This document shows positions 1 through 9,081 of a DNA stretch of 64,000 bases, piece by piece. The stretch comes from an uncultured virus (IMG/VR IMGVR_UViG_3300024255_000005) (taxonomy: Duplodnaviria; Heunggongvirae; Uroviricota; Caudoviricetes): IMG/VR virus record IMGVR_UViG_3300024255_000005. One strand, given 5' to 3'. The notes beneath the pieces were generated by a model, which saw only the letters and a program-made list of their open reading frames with translations, was not told where the DNA came from and searched no databases. A program made the position numbers and the translations under genes. The stretch's first letter is position 1. Every line of letters begins with the position of its first letter.

Positions 1-1
1 A

Positions 2-1432
2 ACAGGTGCTGTTGGTGCTGTTGGTCCTAAAGGTAACACTGGTGCAACTGGTTTCCAAGGTATAATTGGTGTTAAAGGTAACACAGGTTCAACTGGTGCT
101 CAAGGTGCTCTAGGTGCTAAAGGTAATACTGGTAATACTGGTAATCAAGGTTCTGTTGGTCCTATTGGTCCTAAAGGTAACGTTGGTAGCACAGGTGCTA
201 GAGGTTATCAAGGTTTCCAAGGTTTAACTGGTGGAACGGGTGCTAAAGGTGATATCGGTGTTAAAGGTAATACTGGTAATCAAGGTGCAACTGGTGCTGG
301 TGGTGCTAGAGGTGCTACTGGTCCTCAAGGTCTTACAGGTGCAACTGGTGCAGTTGGTCCTAAAGGTTCTACTGGTGCTGGTGGTGCTAGAGGTTTCCAA
401 GGTATAATTGGTGTTAAAGGTAACGTTGGTTCAACCGGTGCCCAAGGTACTGGTGGTGCAACAGGTTCTGTTGGTCCTATTGGTCCTAAAGGTAACGTTG
501 GTTCAACTGGTCCTACAGGTGCTCAAGGTATAATTGGTGTTAAAGGTAACGTTGGTTCAACTGGTCCTACAGGTGCTAAAGGTAACACTGGTTCAACTGG
601 TGCTCAAGGTGCTGTTGGTGCAACTGGTGGAACTGGTCCTACAGGTGCTACTGGTGCTCAAGGTGCTAGAGGTTATCAAGGTTACACTGGTCCTACGGGT
701 CCTAAAGGTACTGTCGGTAACACAGGTGCTAGAGGTTATCAAGGTTTCCAAGGTCTTACAGGTTCAACTGGTCCTAAAGGTACAACCGGTAATACGGGTC
801 CTCAAGGTGCTACGGGTACAACAGGTTCTCAAGGTGCTGCCGGTAAAGACGGTGGAACTGGTGGAACTGGTGCTAGAGGTTATCAAGGTTACACTGGTCC
901 TATTGGTCCTAAAGGTAACACGGGTAACCAAGGTGCCGTAGGTCCTAACACGTCTAACTACAGATTATATTCTAATCAGTATGTTGGTAACACAGGTGGT
1001 GAATTTGTATACTACAATAACACTAGTGCATTGCAACAATTCTATGTAAACAGCTCAGAAGAAATGAGACTATACAGTAACGGTAACCTTCATGTTGATG
1101 GTGATGTTGTTGCATACTCGACTTCTATCTCGGATGCGAGACTTAAAGATAACGTAACTACTATTGAAGAAGCATTATCTAAAGTCTTACAATTAAGAGG
1201 TGTTGAATACGATTGGAATAGCGGTAGCAGAAAAGGTCTTCATGATCTAGGTCTTATCGCCCAAGAAGTAGAAGAGGTATTACCTATGTTAGTAAGAGAA
1301 CATGAAATGCCACTAATGGATGGTGCAGAAGACGGAACAGTTTACAAAACTGTTGACTATGAAAAAATGGTCGGTCTTTTAATCGAAGCTATTAGAGAAC
1401 TTGAAGCAAGAATTAAAACTTTAGAGTCTTAA
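2..1432 (+). CDS. Collagen-like tail fibre protein (5' truncated) with C-terminal peptidase S74-type intramolecular chaperone domain
   Basis: Frame 2 is open from the window start. It has 105 uninterrupted Gly-X-Y triplets (5..949), then continues in frame into the track ORF 1031..1432 with SDARLKDNV...[12 protein letters not shown]...[17 protein letters not shown], typical of S74 chaperones. Confidence 0.9.
   Translation, partial: TGAVGAVGPKGNTGATGFQGIIGVKGNTGSTGAQGALGAKGNTGNTGNQGSVGPIGPKGNVGSTGARGYQGFQGLTGGTGAKGDIGVKGNTGNQGATGAGGARGATGPQGLTGATGAVGPKGSTGAGGARGFQGIIGVKGNVGSTGAQGTGGATGSVGPIGPKGNVGSTGPTGAQGIIGVKGNVGSTGPTGAKGNTGSTGAQGAVGATGGTGPTGATGAQGARGYQGYTGPTGPKGTVGNTGARGYQGFQGLTGSTGPKGTTGNTGPQGATGTTGSQGAAGKDGGTGGTGARGYQGYTGPIGPKGNTGNQGAVGPNTSNYRLYSNQYVGNTGGEFVYYNNTSALQQFYVNSSEEMRLYSNGNLHVDGDVVAYSTSISDARLKDNVTTIEEALSKVLQLRGVEYDWNSGSRKGLHDLGLIAQEVEEVLPMLVREHEMPLMDGAEDGTVYKTVDYEKMVGLLIEAIRELEARIKTLES
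5..949 (+). repeat. Gly-X-Y coding repeat with 9-nt periodicity (GGT every ninth base)
   Basis: Direct reading: [24 protein letters not shown] ... GPN. Confidence 0.95.
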
Positions 1433-1456
1433 TTTAAATCATCAAGATAATTTTAG

Positions 1457-1486
1457 AAAGGGTCCTCGAAAGAGGACCCTTTTTTT
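1457..1486 (+). terminator. Rho-independent terminator
   Basis: AAAGGGTCCTC-GAAA-GAGGACCCTTT followed by a T run. Confidence 0.9.
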
Positions 1487-1490
1487 ATGT

Positions 1491-1498
1491 GATATATA
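1491..1498 (+). promoter_or_regulatory. Putative late promoter GATATATA
   Basis: Motif recurs in many intergenic regions of this window and resembles the T4 late promoter TATAAATA. Confidence 0.6.
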
Positions 1499-1532
1499 TA
1501 TTGTAATAACTTATTATCTTATTACACTTAGT

Positions 1533-1558
1533 AAACAATTTAAAATATCTAAGTATAA
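1533..1558 (+). promoter_or_regulatory. Putative middle-type promoter AAAC-N16-GTATAA
   Basis: One of seven + strand copies with an identical 16-nt spacer. Confidence 0.7.
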
Positions 1559-1580
1559 CTAATATTATAGAACACAATCA

Positions 1581-2513
1581 ATGGATAATAAAATCAAACA
1601 TGATACGTTTAACAAGAATGTAAAATTCTATGTTGAAAGCGTAACCAAGAATACAGACACATATACTCTCAATGGATGGGTTGGATTAATAGGAGGAGAA
1701 GCTTTAGGTTTTTCAATGTCAAATGAACCTCTTAGCGTTCAATTTTCAGGTGCTAGGCAAGATGTAATGGAAGTATATTCAAATCAATTTACTAATCAGA
1801 GTATGTCCTTTATTATTGAGGTTCCTTTCGATAAAAAACTAAAAACATTAGTTATTCATACTAGTATTGGAGAAACTGCAATAGGTCCAATTGGACACTG
1901 GTTATCGTATCACTCAGGATTTGCAAATACATCAAAGGATGTTATAGTAGTAGATGATTTCTATAGTGACCCTGACCTTGTAAGAGAATGGGCAATGAAC
2001 CACTTGGAATTTACACCTTCTGATTATCACAAGGGCCAAAGAGCAAATGAAAGATTTATCTTAGATGGAACTAAAGAAAAACTAGAAGAAATTATAGGAA
2101 AACCAATATTCAATTGGAATCACGACAGGTATGCTAACGGAATATTTCAATTCTGTACAGCAGATCAACAGATTGTTTATCACGTAGATAATCAAACTTA
2201 TGCAGCAATGGTATATTTAACACCTGACGCTCCACCTACATCTGGAACTGCGTTCTATAGAAGTAAAGTCACGGGTGATTATACATTCGATGACGATAAA
2301 AGAAAAACCCAAGCATATATAGATGCATTCAAGGGTAATAGTAATGAAATGAATTTTTACGATGGATCTAATTTTGAAAAAATAGATGAAGTAGGAAATG
2401 TGTATAATAGATTAGTCTTGTTTAATGCTAAAAATATCCACGCCGCGACTCAGTATTTTGGAGATGCAATTGACAATGCTAGATTTTTTCACATGTTCTT
2501 TTTTGACGTATAA
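1581..2513 (+). CDS. 2OG-Fe(II) oxygenase-fold protein (DUF6445-like) with an extra N-terminal domain
   Basis: VIVVDDFYSDPD, HVD (HxD), AAMVYLTP, GTAFY, NRLVLFNAKNIHAA and a distal R form the DSBH oxygenase pattern. Confidence 0.75.
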   Translation: MDNKIKHDTFNKNVKFYVESVTKNTDTYTLNGWVGLIGGEALGFSMSNEPLSVQFSGARQDVMEVYSNQFTNQSMSFIIEVPFDKKLKTLVIHTSIGETAIGPIGHWLSYHSGFANTSKDVIVVDDFYSDPDLVREWAMNHLEFTPSDYHKGQRANERFILDGTKEKLEEIIGKPIFNWNHDRYANGIFQFCTADQQIVYHVDNQTYAAMVYLTPDAPPTSGTAFYRSKVTGDYTFDDDKRKTQAYIDAFKGNSNEMNFYDGSNFEKIDEVGNVYNRLVLFNAKNIHAATQYFGDAIDNARFFHMFFFDV

Positions 2514-2527
2514 AAACAAATATAAAT

Positions 2528-4402
2528 ATGAAGATTAATATTATTACAAGGTGTACCAGAACAAGTAACCTTTTAACAATTAAAGAAGGAGTATTAAATG
2601 CACCTAAGGGAGTAACGGTAAATTGGCACATTGTATTTGATACAGGAGCATTAAAGGATATTGATGCAGAGGTTCTCTCGAACTTAACAGATACTGTCAA
2701 TGTCAAATTACATTTCGTAAAAGGACAAAGAGGAGGATTATTATATCCTGAAGTTTCTGATATTATTAAAACAATCAAATCCGGTTGGATCTATTTATTA
2801 GATGACGATAACATTATACATGAAGATTTTTATAAAACTATTAAAGCGAGTATAAAGAATCTTCCAATTGCACAGGTTCATATCGTTTCTCAATTAGTTG
2901 CAGGTAGAGATTTCACCGGACAAGAAATTAGAGTAGCTAGTCGTGAAAATACTGCTTTTCAGAAAATTGACATTGCACAGATGGTTATTAATAGAAGCAT
3001 ATTTGATACTCATTCATTTAGTGCAAATTATGCAGCAGATGGTTTCTTTATAGAAGAAGTATTAAAAACACATGGAGATGCATTTGTATGGATTGATAAG
3101 GTTTTATGCCACTACAATTATTTAGAAAAAGTACCATCTGCAAAAATACCTAAAATACTTTACATAGGAAAAACTAAACCAGAATTAAAGTCTATAAAAT
3201 ATTTATCGTATGAAGCAGATGAATTAGACGTTAAATACTTAGAAGACGATAGTGAAGTAATTAACACAGTTACGTCGTTTAATCCTGACGCAATTATTAC
3301 AAATGGAGAATCATGGAAAGAGTTTCCTAACCTAGCTTCTCTTCCTCTTCAATTTAGAAAAAGGTGGTTTAATTCGGAGAACACGGAAAATATAGGAAAC
3401 ACCGCATATTCCGTAGCAATGAATTCTATTCTATCTCCTTCTAACCTAGAAGATGATCAGATGATTTCATTCTTTACGCCTATATATAATACTGGTGAAA
3501 AGTTATGGAACACATATAGATCCGTAAGAGATCAGACGTATAATAACTGGGAATGGGTTTTAGTAAATGATTCCACAGATGGAGGTAAAACTTTAAAGAT
3601 AGCAGAAGAAATTGCGCTAGTAGATCCAAGAGTAAAGGTGTATGATTTTAGAGAAAAATCAGGAGGATGCATTGGAGAATCTAAATATAGATGTTGTTCT
3701 CTTGCTAAAGGATATATTCTAGCAGAATTAGACCATGATGACTTATTGGTTAAAACATGCGCAGAAGATTTACATAATGCTGCACAGGCGCATCCCGATT
3801 GTGGTATGTTTTATGGAGATACTGCCGAGGTAAATGAAGAGTGGGAAAATCAAAGATATGGAGAAGGGTTTGCATTAGGATATGGTTCTTATAGAGAAGA
3901 AGAGTATGAAGGTAGAATGTTGTCACCTGCTAATCAACAGAATATTAATCCAAAAACAATCAGACATATTGTAGGAGTTCCAAATCACGTTAGAGCATGG
4001 AGAAGATCTACTTATTTTGAAATAGGAGGACATAACAGAAGTCTAACAATTGCAGATGATTTTGAATTAGTGATCAGAAGCTTCCTATATTCTAAGATAT
4101 GTAAAATACCTAAACTAAGCTATATTCAATTTCTCTATAATAATCAAGGTGGAAGAAACACTCATGATTTATCAAGAGCAGACATTCAAAGAAGAGTTAG
4201 AACAATAGCACAATATTATAATGAACAAATCAACGCTAGATTTATTGAATTAGGAATAGAAGATTGGGCATATAATGAAAGCCCTGACTATCCTATCTCA
4301 GCAGAGTCAAGATATGGAGAAGAAGAAGGAGTTGCTAACGAAACATACACTGAAAAATCAGGAGTTGAAAAAAAAGTAACTAAATTAGAAAAAGTAAAAT
4401 AA
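2528..4402 (+). CDS. Two-domain family 2 (GT-A) glycosyltransferase
   Basis: N-terminal domain has YLLDDDN. Second domain has ISFFTPIYN, WEWVLVNDSTD, ELDHDD and DDFEL. Confidence 0.85.
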   Translation: MKINIITRCTRTSNLLTIKEGVLNAPKGVTVNWHIVFDTGALKDIDAEVLSNLTDTVNVKLHFVKGQRGGLLYPEVSDIIKTIKSGWIYLLDDDNIIHEDFYKTIKASIKNLPIAQVHIVSQLVAGRDFTGQEIRVASRENTAFQKIDIAQMVINRSIFDTHSFSANYAADGFFIEEVLKTHGDAFVWIDKVLCHYNYLEKVPSAKIPKILYIGKTKPELKSIKYLSYEADELDVKYLEDDSEVINTVTSFNPDAIITNGESWKEFPNLASLPLQFRKRWFNSENTENIGNTAYSVAMNSILSPSNLEDDQMISFFTPIYNTGEKLWNTYRSVRDQTYNNWEWVLVNDSTDGGKTLKIAEEIALVDPRVKVYDFREKSGGCIGESKYRCCSLAKGYILAELDHDDLLVKTCAEDLHNAAQAHPDCGMFYGDTAEVNEEWENQRYGEGFALGYGSYREEEYEGRMLSPANQQNINPKTIRHIVGVPNHVRAWRRSTYFEIGGHNRSLTIADDFELVIRSFLYSKICKIPKLSYIQFLYNNQGGRNTHDLSRADIQRRVRTIAQYYNEQINARFIELGIEDWAYNESPDYPISAESRYGEEEGVANETYTEKSGVEKKVTKLEKVK

Positions 4403-5019
4403 TGGGAAAATACGTAGAAATTTTAGATGCAAGCGATTGGGATGCATGGTGCGACAAATACATCGATCCCCTTTTAAGAAAAGGAGAATATGAACTCATA
4501 GTTGACGAAGCGGCTCCGAGTGTTTTAGTATTTCCTTTATTTAAAGAACAGTTTTGTAAAGATCTAATTGAACTATGTGAAACTGAAGGAGAATGGACAG
4601 TAGATAGGCATGAATTTTATCCAACAACCGACATGCTCATTGACAAAGTATGGATGACTGAAATTTACTCAAGGGTTCTTAATGAATTTGTTAGGCCATT
4701 AGGAATATGGTTCTGGACTTTAGAAGGAAAGCAGTGGAATTCTATGTCAGATGAAACATTTATTGTAAAGTATACTACGGAAACACAGGCACACCTTTCT
4801 CTTCACCATGATAATAGCCATTTAACAACTGTTGTTAGAATGAATGAAGATTTTACAGGAGGTGGAACTTATTTCCCATTATATAAGGCAAATATTAGTC
4901 CTCCTAGAGTTGGAATGGCAGCTTTACACCCAGGTGCAATTACACATAGACACGGTGCAAAGCCTATTTTTTCAGGAACAAGGTATATTACTGTAAGTTT
5001 CTGTAAGATGAGTGGATAA
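4402..5019 (+). CDS. PLOD-like (procollagen lysyl hydroxylase-type) 2OG-Fe(II) dioxygenase
   Basis: FPLFKEQFCKDLI, PTTD, FIVKY...LSLHHDNS, GGGTYF and LHPGAITHRHGAKPIFSGTRYITVSF parallel the catalytic domain of PLOD enzymes. Confidence 0.8.
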   Translation: MGKYVEILDASDWDAWCDKYIDPLLRKGEYELIVDEAAPSVLVFPLFKEQFCKDLIELCETEGEWTVDRHEFYPTTDMLIDKVWMTEIYSRVLNEFVRPLGIWFWTLEGKQWNSMSDETFIVKYTTETQAHLSLHHDNSHLTTVVRMNEDFTGGGTYFPLYKANISPPRVGMAALHPGAITHRHGAKPIFSGTRYITVSFCKMSG

Positions 5020-5022
5020 ATA
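5015..5022 (+). promoter_or_regulatory. Putative late promoter variant GATAAATA, 4 nt before ATG
   Basis: Same spacing to ATG as at 8130, 12405, 15743, 25723 and 60503. Confidence 0.55.
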
Positions 5023-5026
5023 GAAT

Positions 5027-5980
5027 ATGAAGCAAATACAATCATTCAACCAATTTATTAACGAAAGCCTAAACGAAGATACTAATGATCTTTTTAAAGT
5101 TTATCTAGCAATTGATCCCGACTCAGGTCACAGGTGGTGGTCTTATAAAGGATTTGCGTCCGATAATTTCTTTATACAAATTAATAAAGACAATTACAAA
5201 GACATAGATATTAATCCAGACTATCCTATATTAACCTATAATTCAGGGGTAGTTGAAACCCTTTTAAAGGAAGGATTAGTTAAAAAAGAAAATGTATATA
5301 ATAGACCGGAATTCATTAAGCAATCTGGATCTAAGGCAGAGTTTCATAAAATAGTCGATGGAGATGAAAACATTCCACAAACATGCCATGACGAGAAAGA
5401 AGCTTTAGAAATTGGTTTTCCATTAATTGCAAAGCCAGCTGAAGGACATTCAGGTATTGGAATTCAGGTTTTTAAATCTCAGGAAGATTGGGATAAAGCT
5501 GATCATTCTAAATTTGACGTATATTCCGAATTCGTAGATAAGAAATCAGAGCATAGAATAATTAACTTTAAAGGAGATGCTTTCTTTTGGATGGAAAGAG
5601 AACCATTAAATGATAAAGCAAAATCAGGTGATGGTGACGGAAAAGAAGAAATGAATTTTAAATATATCAAAAGAGATATTACAACTCTTCCTGAAAAATT
5701 TAAAACACTAATAGAAAAATTCTGTGATAAGTTTAAAGATTTACCATATATATGTTTTGATATAATGGAAGATCAAGAAGGAAAATTGTATATTATAGAA
5801 AGTAATTCTCAACCCGGAGTTCCTTATGATTCTACTGTGCAAATATACCGTAAAATATTTAAAGACTTTTACGGAAGAGAAGTAAACAAAGATACTGACA
5901 AGGCCCTAACAAAATTATCTAATGATTTAGATAAAAAAACTATAGAACTTGACAGCGAACGATTCGAAATAAAAGAATAA
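5027..5980 (+). CDS. ATP-grasp ligase (RimK-like) with capsid-targeting-like N-terminus
   Basis: GFPLIAKPAEGHSGIGI, SEFVD..EHRI and FDIMED..LYIIESNSQPG. Confidence 0.8.
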   Translation: MKQIQSFNQFINESLNEDTNDLFKVYLAIDPDSGHRWWSYKGFASDNFFIQINKDNYKDIDINPDYPILTYNSGVVETLLKEGLVKKENVYNRPEFIKQSGSKAEFHKIVDGDENIPQTCHDEKEALEIGFPLIAKPAEGHSGIGIQVFKSQEDWDKADHSKFDVYSEFVDKKSEHRIINFKGDAFFWMEREPLNDKAKSGDGDGKEEMNFKYIKRDITTLPEKFKTLIEKFCDKFKDLPYICFDIMEDQEGKLYIIESNSQPGVPYDSTVQIYRKIFKDFYGREVNKDTDKALTKLSNDLDKKTIELDSERFEIKE

Positions 5981-5983
5981 ATT

Positions 5984-6208
5984 ATGGCATATCCGGATAT
6001 GACTTGTATGCATGTGAACTTATGGGTTCATCACATGGACATTGACAAACTGTTTGACTTTATAACAGAAAGAATTAAAGAACCGCCTAGCTATTGGATT
6101 TCTAGAGAATCCTGTCCTTCTACAATCACAGGAGGATATGCAGAAATTAACGTATCATATAACACATATCTTATGATAAGACGTGTTAAAGAACATGGAC
6201 ACTTTTAA
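5984..6208 (+). CDS. Hypothetical protein
   Basis: ORF packed directly after the upstream gene. Confidence 0.65.
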   Translation: MAYPDMTCMHVNLWVHHMDIDKLFDFITERIKEPPSYWISRESCPSTITGGYAEINVSYNTYLMIRRVKEHGHF

Positions 6209-6211
6209 TTG

Positions 6212-6237
6212 AAACAATTCCAAATGGAAGTGTATAG
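6212..6237 (+). promoter_or_regulatory. Putative middle-type promoter AAAC-N16-GTATAG
   Basis: Conserved motif and spacer. Confidence 0.6.
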
Positions 6238-6264
6238 TTAAGTATAATTAATAAACTTCCAAGT

Positions 6265-6732
6265 ATGAATAGATTATGGTTACGATTTGCGCTGTGTATT
6301 TACGCAATATTATATACAGTGTGTCTGCCACTAATCTTAGGCATAGAGGATAGTTATAGTGATTATCATCAATTAAAACCAATCTTATTCCCTTTATTAA
6401 CAATAGGAGTTTCATTAGGATTATGGCTTCATCGTTCTATTGAATGGAAAATACCGGCATTCTTATTAATAATCATAGCAAGCTTTAGCGTTGCAAATTA
6501 CCCTACAATACATAATATATCTGCTATTCTATTTTTTATGTCATCGACATGGATCATGCTCTTTGACAAAAGATTTAAAATCTTTGGAATAATATCTGCA
6601 ATATTATATCCAACACTCTTTATAAACACTGAACAGAATTTATTCTTGTTTGAAGTGCTACAGATACCTATTCTTTCCTTTTATCATTTCTCTAGAGTAG
6701 TATACTTAATGAGATTAAAGAAGAAAATATAA
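6265..6732 (+). CDS. Multi-pass membrane protein
   Basis: Several hydrophobic segments; SYSDY and IHNISA motifs. Confidence 0.7.
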   Translation: MNRLWLRFALCIYAILYTVCLPLILGIEDSYSDYHQLKPILFPLLTIGVSLGLWLHRSIEWKIPAFLLIIIASFSVANYPTIHNISAILFFMSSTWIMLFDKRFKIFGIISAILYPTLFINTEQNLFLFEVLQIPILSFYHFSRVVYLMRLKKKI

Positions 6733-6756
6733 ACAATTACACATATTTGAGTATAA
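6731..6756 (+). promoter_or_regulatory. Putative middle-type promoter AAAC-N16-GTATAA
   Basis: Conserved motif and spacer. Confidence 0.65.
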
Positions 6757-6761
6757 TCTAT

Positions 6762-7010
6762 ATGGCAAAGAAGAAAACCAAGCTAGAGATTATTCACGTT
6801 AAGAAGCCTATTATAGGTGAAACTTACTATTTTTACTTCGCAGGAGGATGGGAAGTAGGAAAGTTAGAATGCACTGCAGATAAATTAACTGAAACCTATG
6901 GCCATCGATGGTTTACATTTGTTAATGGAAATTATGGAAGACAAATGAGATATCCAGTCTCTATTTATAATATTAGAAAAACTCAACCAAAACAAGAAAA
7001 AGATGTATAG
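6762..7010 (+). CDS. Hypothetical protein (start moved to ATG 6762)
   Basis: The track TTG start overlaps the promoter motif; an in-frame ATG lies at 6762. Confidence 0.65.
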   Translation: MAKKKTKLEIIHVKKPIIGETYYFYFAGGWEVGKLECTADKLTETYGHRWFTFVNGNYGRQMRYPVSIYNIRKTQPKQEKDV

Positions 7011-7749
7011 TATTTCAGATTTAAAGAACATGTTATTTATCGACATTGAAACGTCGACAGCTGCAAAAGATCTAAAAGGTTACGCAGAAATTATTGGAGA
7101 GAATGCATATTCTCACTGGGAAAAGAAAGCAAAGTATGGTAGACAAAGCAAATCAGAGTATGAAGGAGTTTCAGATGCTGATATGTATATCAAGGATGCT
7201 GCCCTTTATCCTGAATTCGGAAGAGCAGTAGTTATTACAATCGGCCAAGTCACCTTCCCAGATGGCATTACACCTACTCCTAAAGTAAAGTCTTTTTATG
7301 GAGATGATGAAAAGAATACATTAAAGGAATTTATGGATACGATGGCATTAATCTTTAAGGCAAATCCTAAAATTCAAATAGTAGGCCATAATATTAAAGG
7401 GTTCGATATGCCTTACTTGATTAAAAGATCTATTATTCAAGGTGTAGAAATTCCCCAGCAACTACACTTACAGAAATTAAAGCCATGGGAAAACTGTCTA
7501 TTAGATACTAATGAAATTTGGAAGTTTGGTGGATGGAATGGTGCATCTCTCTCTATGATTTGTGATTTATTACAGATACCTTCTCCTAAACAAAACATGT
7601 ATGGTGGTGAAGTATCAGAAGCATATTATGCTGGAAGATTAGAAGAAATTAAAGACTATTGTGAAGATGATGTTATTGGAACTATGAATGTCTTATTGAA
7701 AATGTCAGATATGGAACTAGTATCTAAAGTAGTAGAAGTTCCATTTTAA
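7003..7749 (+). CDS. DEDD-family 3'-5' exonuclease (PolB exonuclease-like)
   Basis: FIDIET (ExoI), GHNIKGFDMPY (ExoII) and YCEDDV (ExoIII). Confidence 0.85.
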   Translation: MYSISDLKNMLFIDIETSTAAKDLKGYAEIIGENAYSHWEKKAKYGRQSKSEYEGVSDADMYIKDAALYPEFGRAVVITIGQVTFPDGITPTPKVKSFYGDDEKNTLKEFMDTMALIFKANPKIQIVGHNIKGFDMPYLIKRSIIQGVEIPQQLHLQKLKPWENCLLDTNEIWKFGGWNGASLSMICDLLQIPSPKQNMYGGEVSEAYYAGRLEEIKDYCEDDVIGTMNVLLKMSDMELVSKVVEVPF

Positions 7750-7763
7750 TTTAAACTTTTTTG

Positions 7764-7822
7764 AAAATAAACAGTTAAAAGTTTTTTTATCTCAGAAATT
7801 TTGCTTATATTAGTATAGTAAT
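7764..7822 (+). promoter_or_regulatory. 59-bp conserved intergenic repeat, copy 1 (putative early promoter)
   Basis: Near-identical to 13640..13698 and 14076..14134. Contains TATATTAG, one mismatch from the Bacteroidota -7 element TAnnTTTG. Confidence 0.8.
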
Positions 7823-7838
7823 TAAAAAATAAAGAAAT

Positions 7839-8123
7839 ATGTTTGAAGACTTCGAAGACCAAAACAACGATGAGCACGATGAAATAGCTCAAATTCAAAA
7901 AAATGCAGATATGGAAAATAACCTTCACGAACTGAAAGATAAACTAGTTAGAAATAACTGGGATATGATCTTAGAAAAAGGAGTTGACTTTAAATCAATG
8001 CAAGACAACGGCATAGAAATAGAACCGATTATCAGAACATTGCAGCAAATGTTAGATTGGTTTCAGGAATCTGAAGAATATGAAAAATGTGCACATCTTA
8101 AAAATATTCTAGACAATAAATAA
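7839..8123 (+). CDS. Small protein with C-terminal UVR (UvrB/C)-like motif
   Basis: WFQESEEYEKCAHLKN. Confidence 0.7.
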   Translation: MFEDFEDQNNDEHDEIAQIQKNADMENNLHELKDKLVRNNWDMILEKGVDFKSMQDNGIEIEPIIRTLQQMLDWFQESEEYEKCAHLKNILDNK

Positions 8124-8129
8124 AATGTG

Positions 8130-8137
8130 TATAAATA
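8130..8137 (+). promoter_or_regulatory. TATAAATA (T4 late consensus) 4 nt before ATG 8142
   Basis: Exact T4 late box with the same spacing as the GATATATA copies. Confidence 0.55.
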
Positions 8138-8141
8138 TATC

Positions 8142-8336
8142 ATGGAAGAACAATTATTAAAAGTCATTGCGGAGCAACTTACGAGAATTGCAGATCTTAT
8201 GGAAAACCAACAGAAAAGAGATGTGGTTGAAAAAAGAAAGAACATTAAAGTCGTTAAGGAAGCCGTAAAGAAAAGAAAGAATGAACTACTACGAACTGCT
8301 GCAGATAGACAAGTCAGCAAGCCAAGCCGAGATTAA
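8142..8336 (+). CDS. Small basic hypothetical protein
   Basis: Track ORF with start moved to the internal ATG; 3' end overlaps the DnaJ gene. Confidence 0.55.
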   Translation: MEEQLLKVIAEQLTRIADLMENQQKRDVVEKRKNIKVVKEAVKKRKNELLRTAADRQVSKPSRD

Positions 8337-9081
8337 GAAGGCCTATCGTAAACTAGCAAAGCAATATCATCCCGATACCGCCGAAGGGGATGAGTCTTCC
8401 TTTAAAGAAATAGTTACAGCATACGAGGTTTTATCTGACGAGAACAGAAAAAGAAAGTATGATATTGAATTAGGATATAAGTCTTCTGACAATCCATTTC
8501 ATAGTTGGTTTCAAAACGGAGAAGGATCCTTCAGCGATATGTTCAATGATGCGTTTGGTTCCTCTTCAAAAGGAAGAGACGTTACGGTTAGAATGACAAT
8601 AACCCTAGAAGAATCTTATCATGGAACCCAAAAGAGAGTAGACATAGGTTCTAAAAAACTAAACGTTAATATACCTAAAGGAGTTTATGAAGGTATGAAG
8701 TTAAAAATTAGTGGAAAAGGTCAACCTCATCCTGCTAATTCATCTGCACCCAAAGGAGATCTAATCATTATAATTAATTTAAAATATGATGATAGGATTA
8801 TATTAAACGGAAATGACATCTATGTAGATGCAAATGTTTCTTTTTATGATATGATTCTAGGAACTGAAATAGAAATCAATACGCCTTTTTATAAAATAAA
8901 AGTAAATGTTCCTCCAAATTCACAGAATAATAAGATATTAAGAATAAGTGGTAAAGGATTTCCGATATATAGTATGAATACTTATGGTAACCTTATGGTG
9001 AAGTTAAATGCATTTAATCCACCCCTTAAAGATTCACAAATAGAACTAATAAAAAAAATAAAAGAAATAGACAATGAATGA
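8281..9081 (+). CDS. dnaJ: DnaJ/CbpA-type co-chaperone (J domain plus C-terminal domain, no zinc finger)
   Basis: NYYELLQI...IKKAYRKLAKQYHPD...AYEVLSD; GKGQP..GDL; LRISGKG. Confidence 0.92.
   Translation: MNYYELLQIDKSASQAEIKKAYRKLAKQYHPDTAEGDESSFKEIVTAYEVLSDENRKRKYDIELGYKSSDNPFHSWFQNGEGSFSDMFNDAFGSSSKGRDVTVRMTITLEESYHGTQKRVDIGSKKLNVNIPKGVYEGMKLKISGKGQPHPANSSAPKGDLIIIINLKYDDRIILNGNDIYVDANVSFYDMILGTEIEINTPFYKIKVNVPPNSQNNKILRISGKGFPIYSMNTYGNLMVKLNAFNPPLKDSQIELIKKIKEIDNE

Noticed and set aside
534..941. Track ORF of 135 aa rich in V/L/K/Q
   Set aside because: It is an off-frame shadow of the collagen repeat. The Gly-X-Y frame is continuous with the S74 domain.
1031..1432. Stand-alone S74 gene
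   Set aside because: It is in frame with the upstream collagen with no stop between them, so it is the C-terminus of the fibre.
1..5019. Eukaryotic or giant-virus origin suggested by collagen and the PLOD-like gene
   Set aside because: The region is contiguous with T4-like baseplate, SSB and primase genes, and shares their terminators and promoter motifs.
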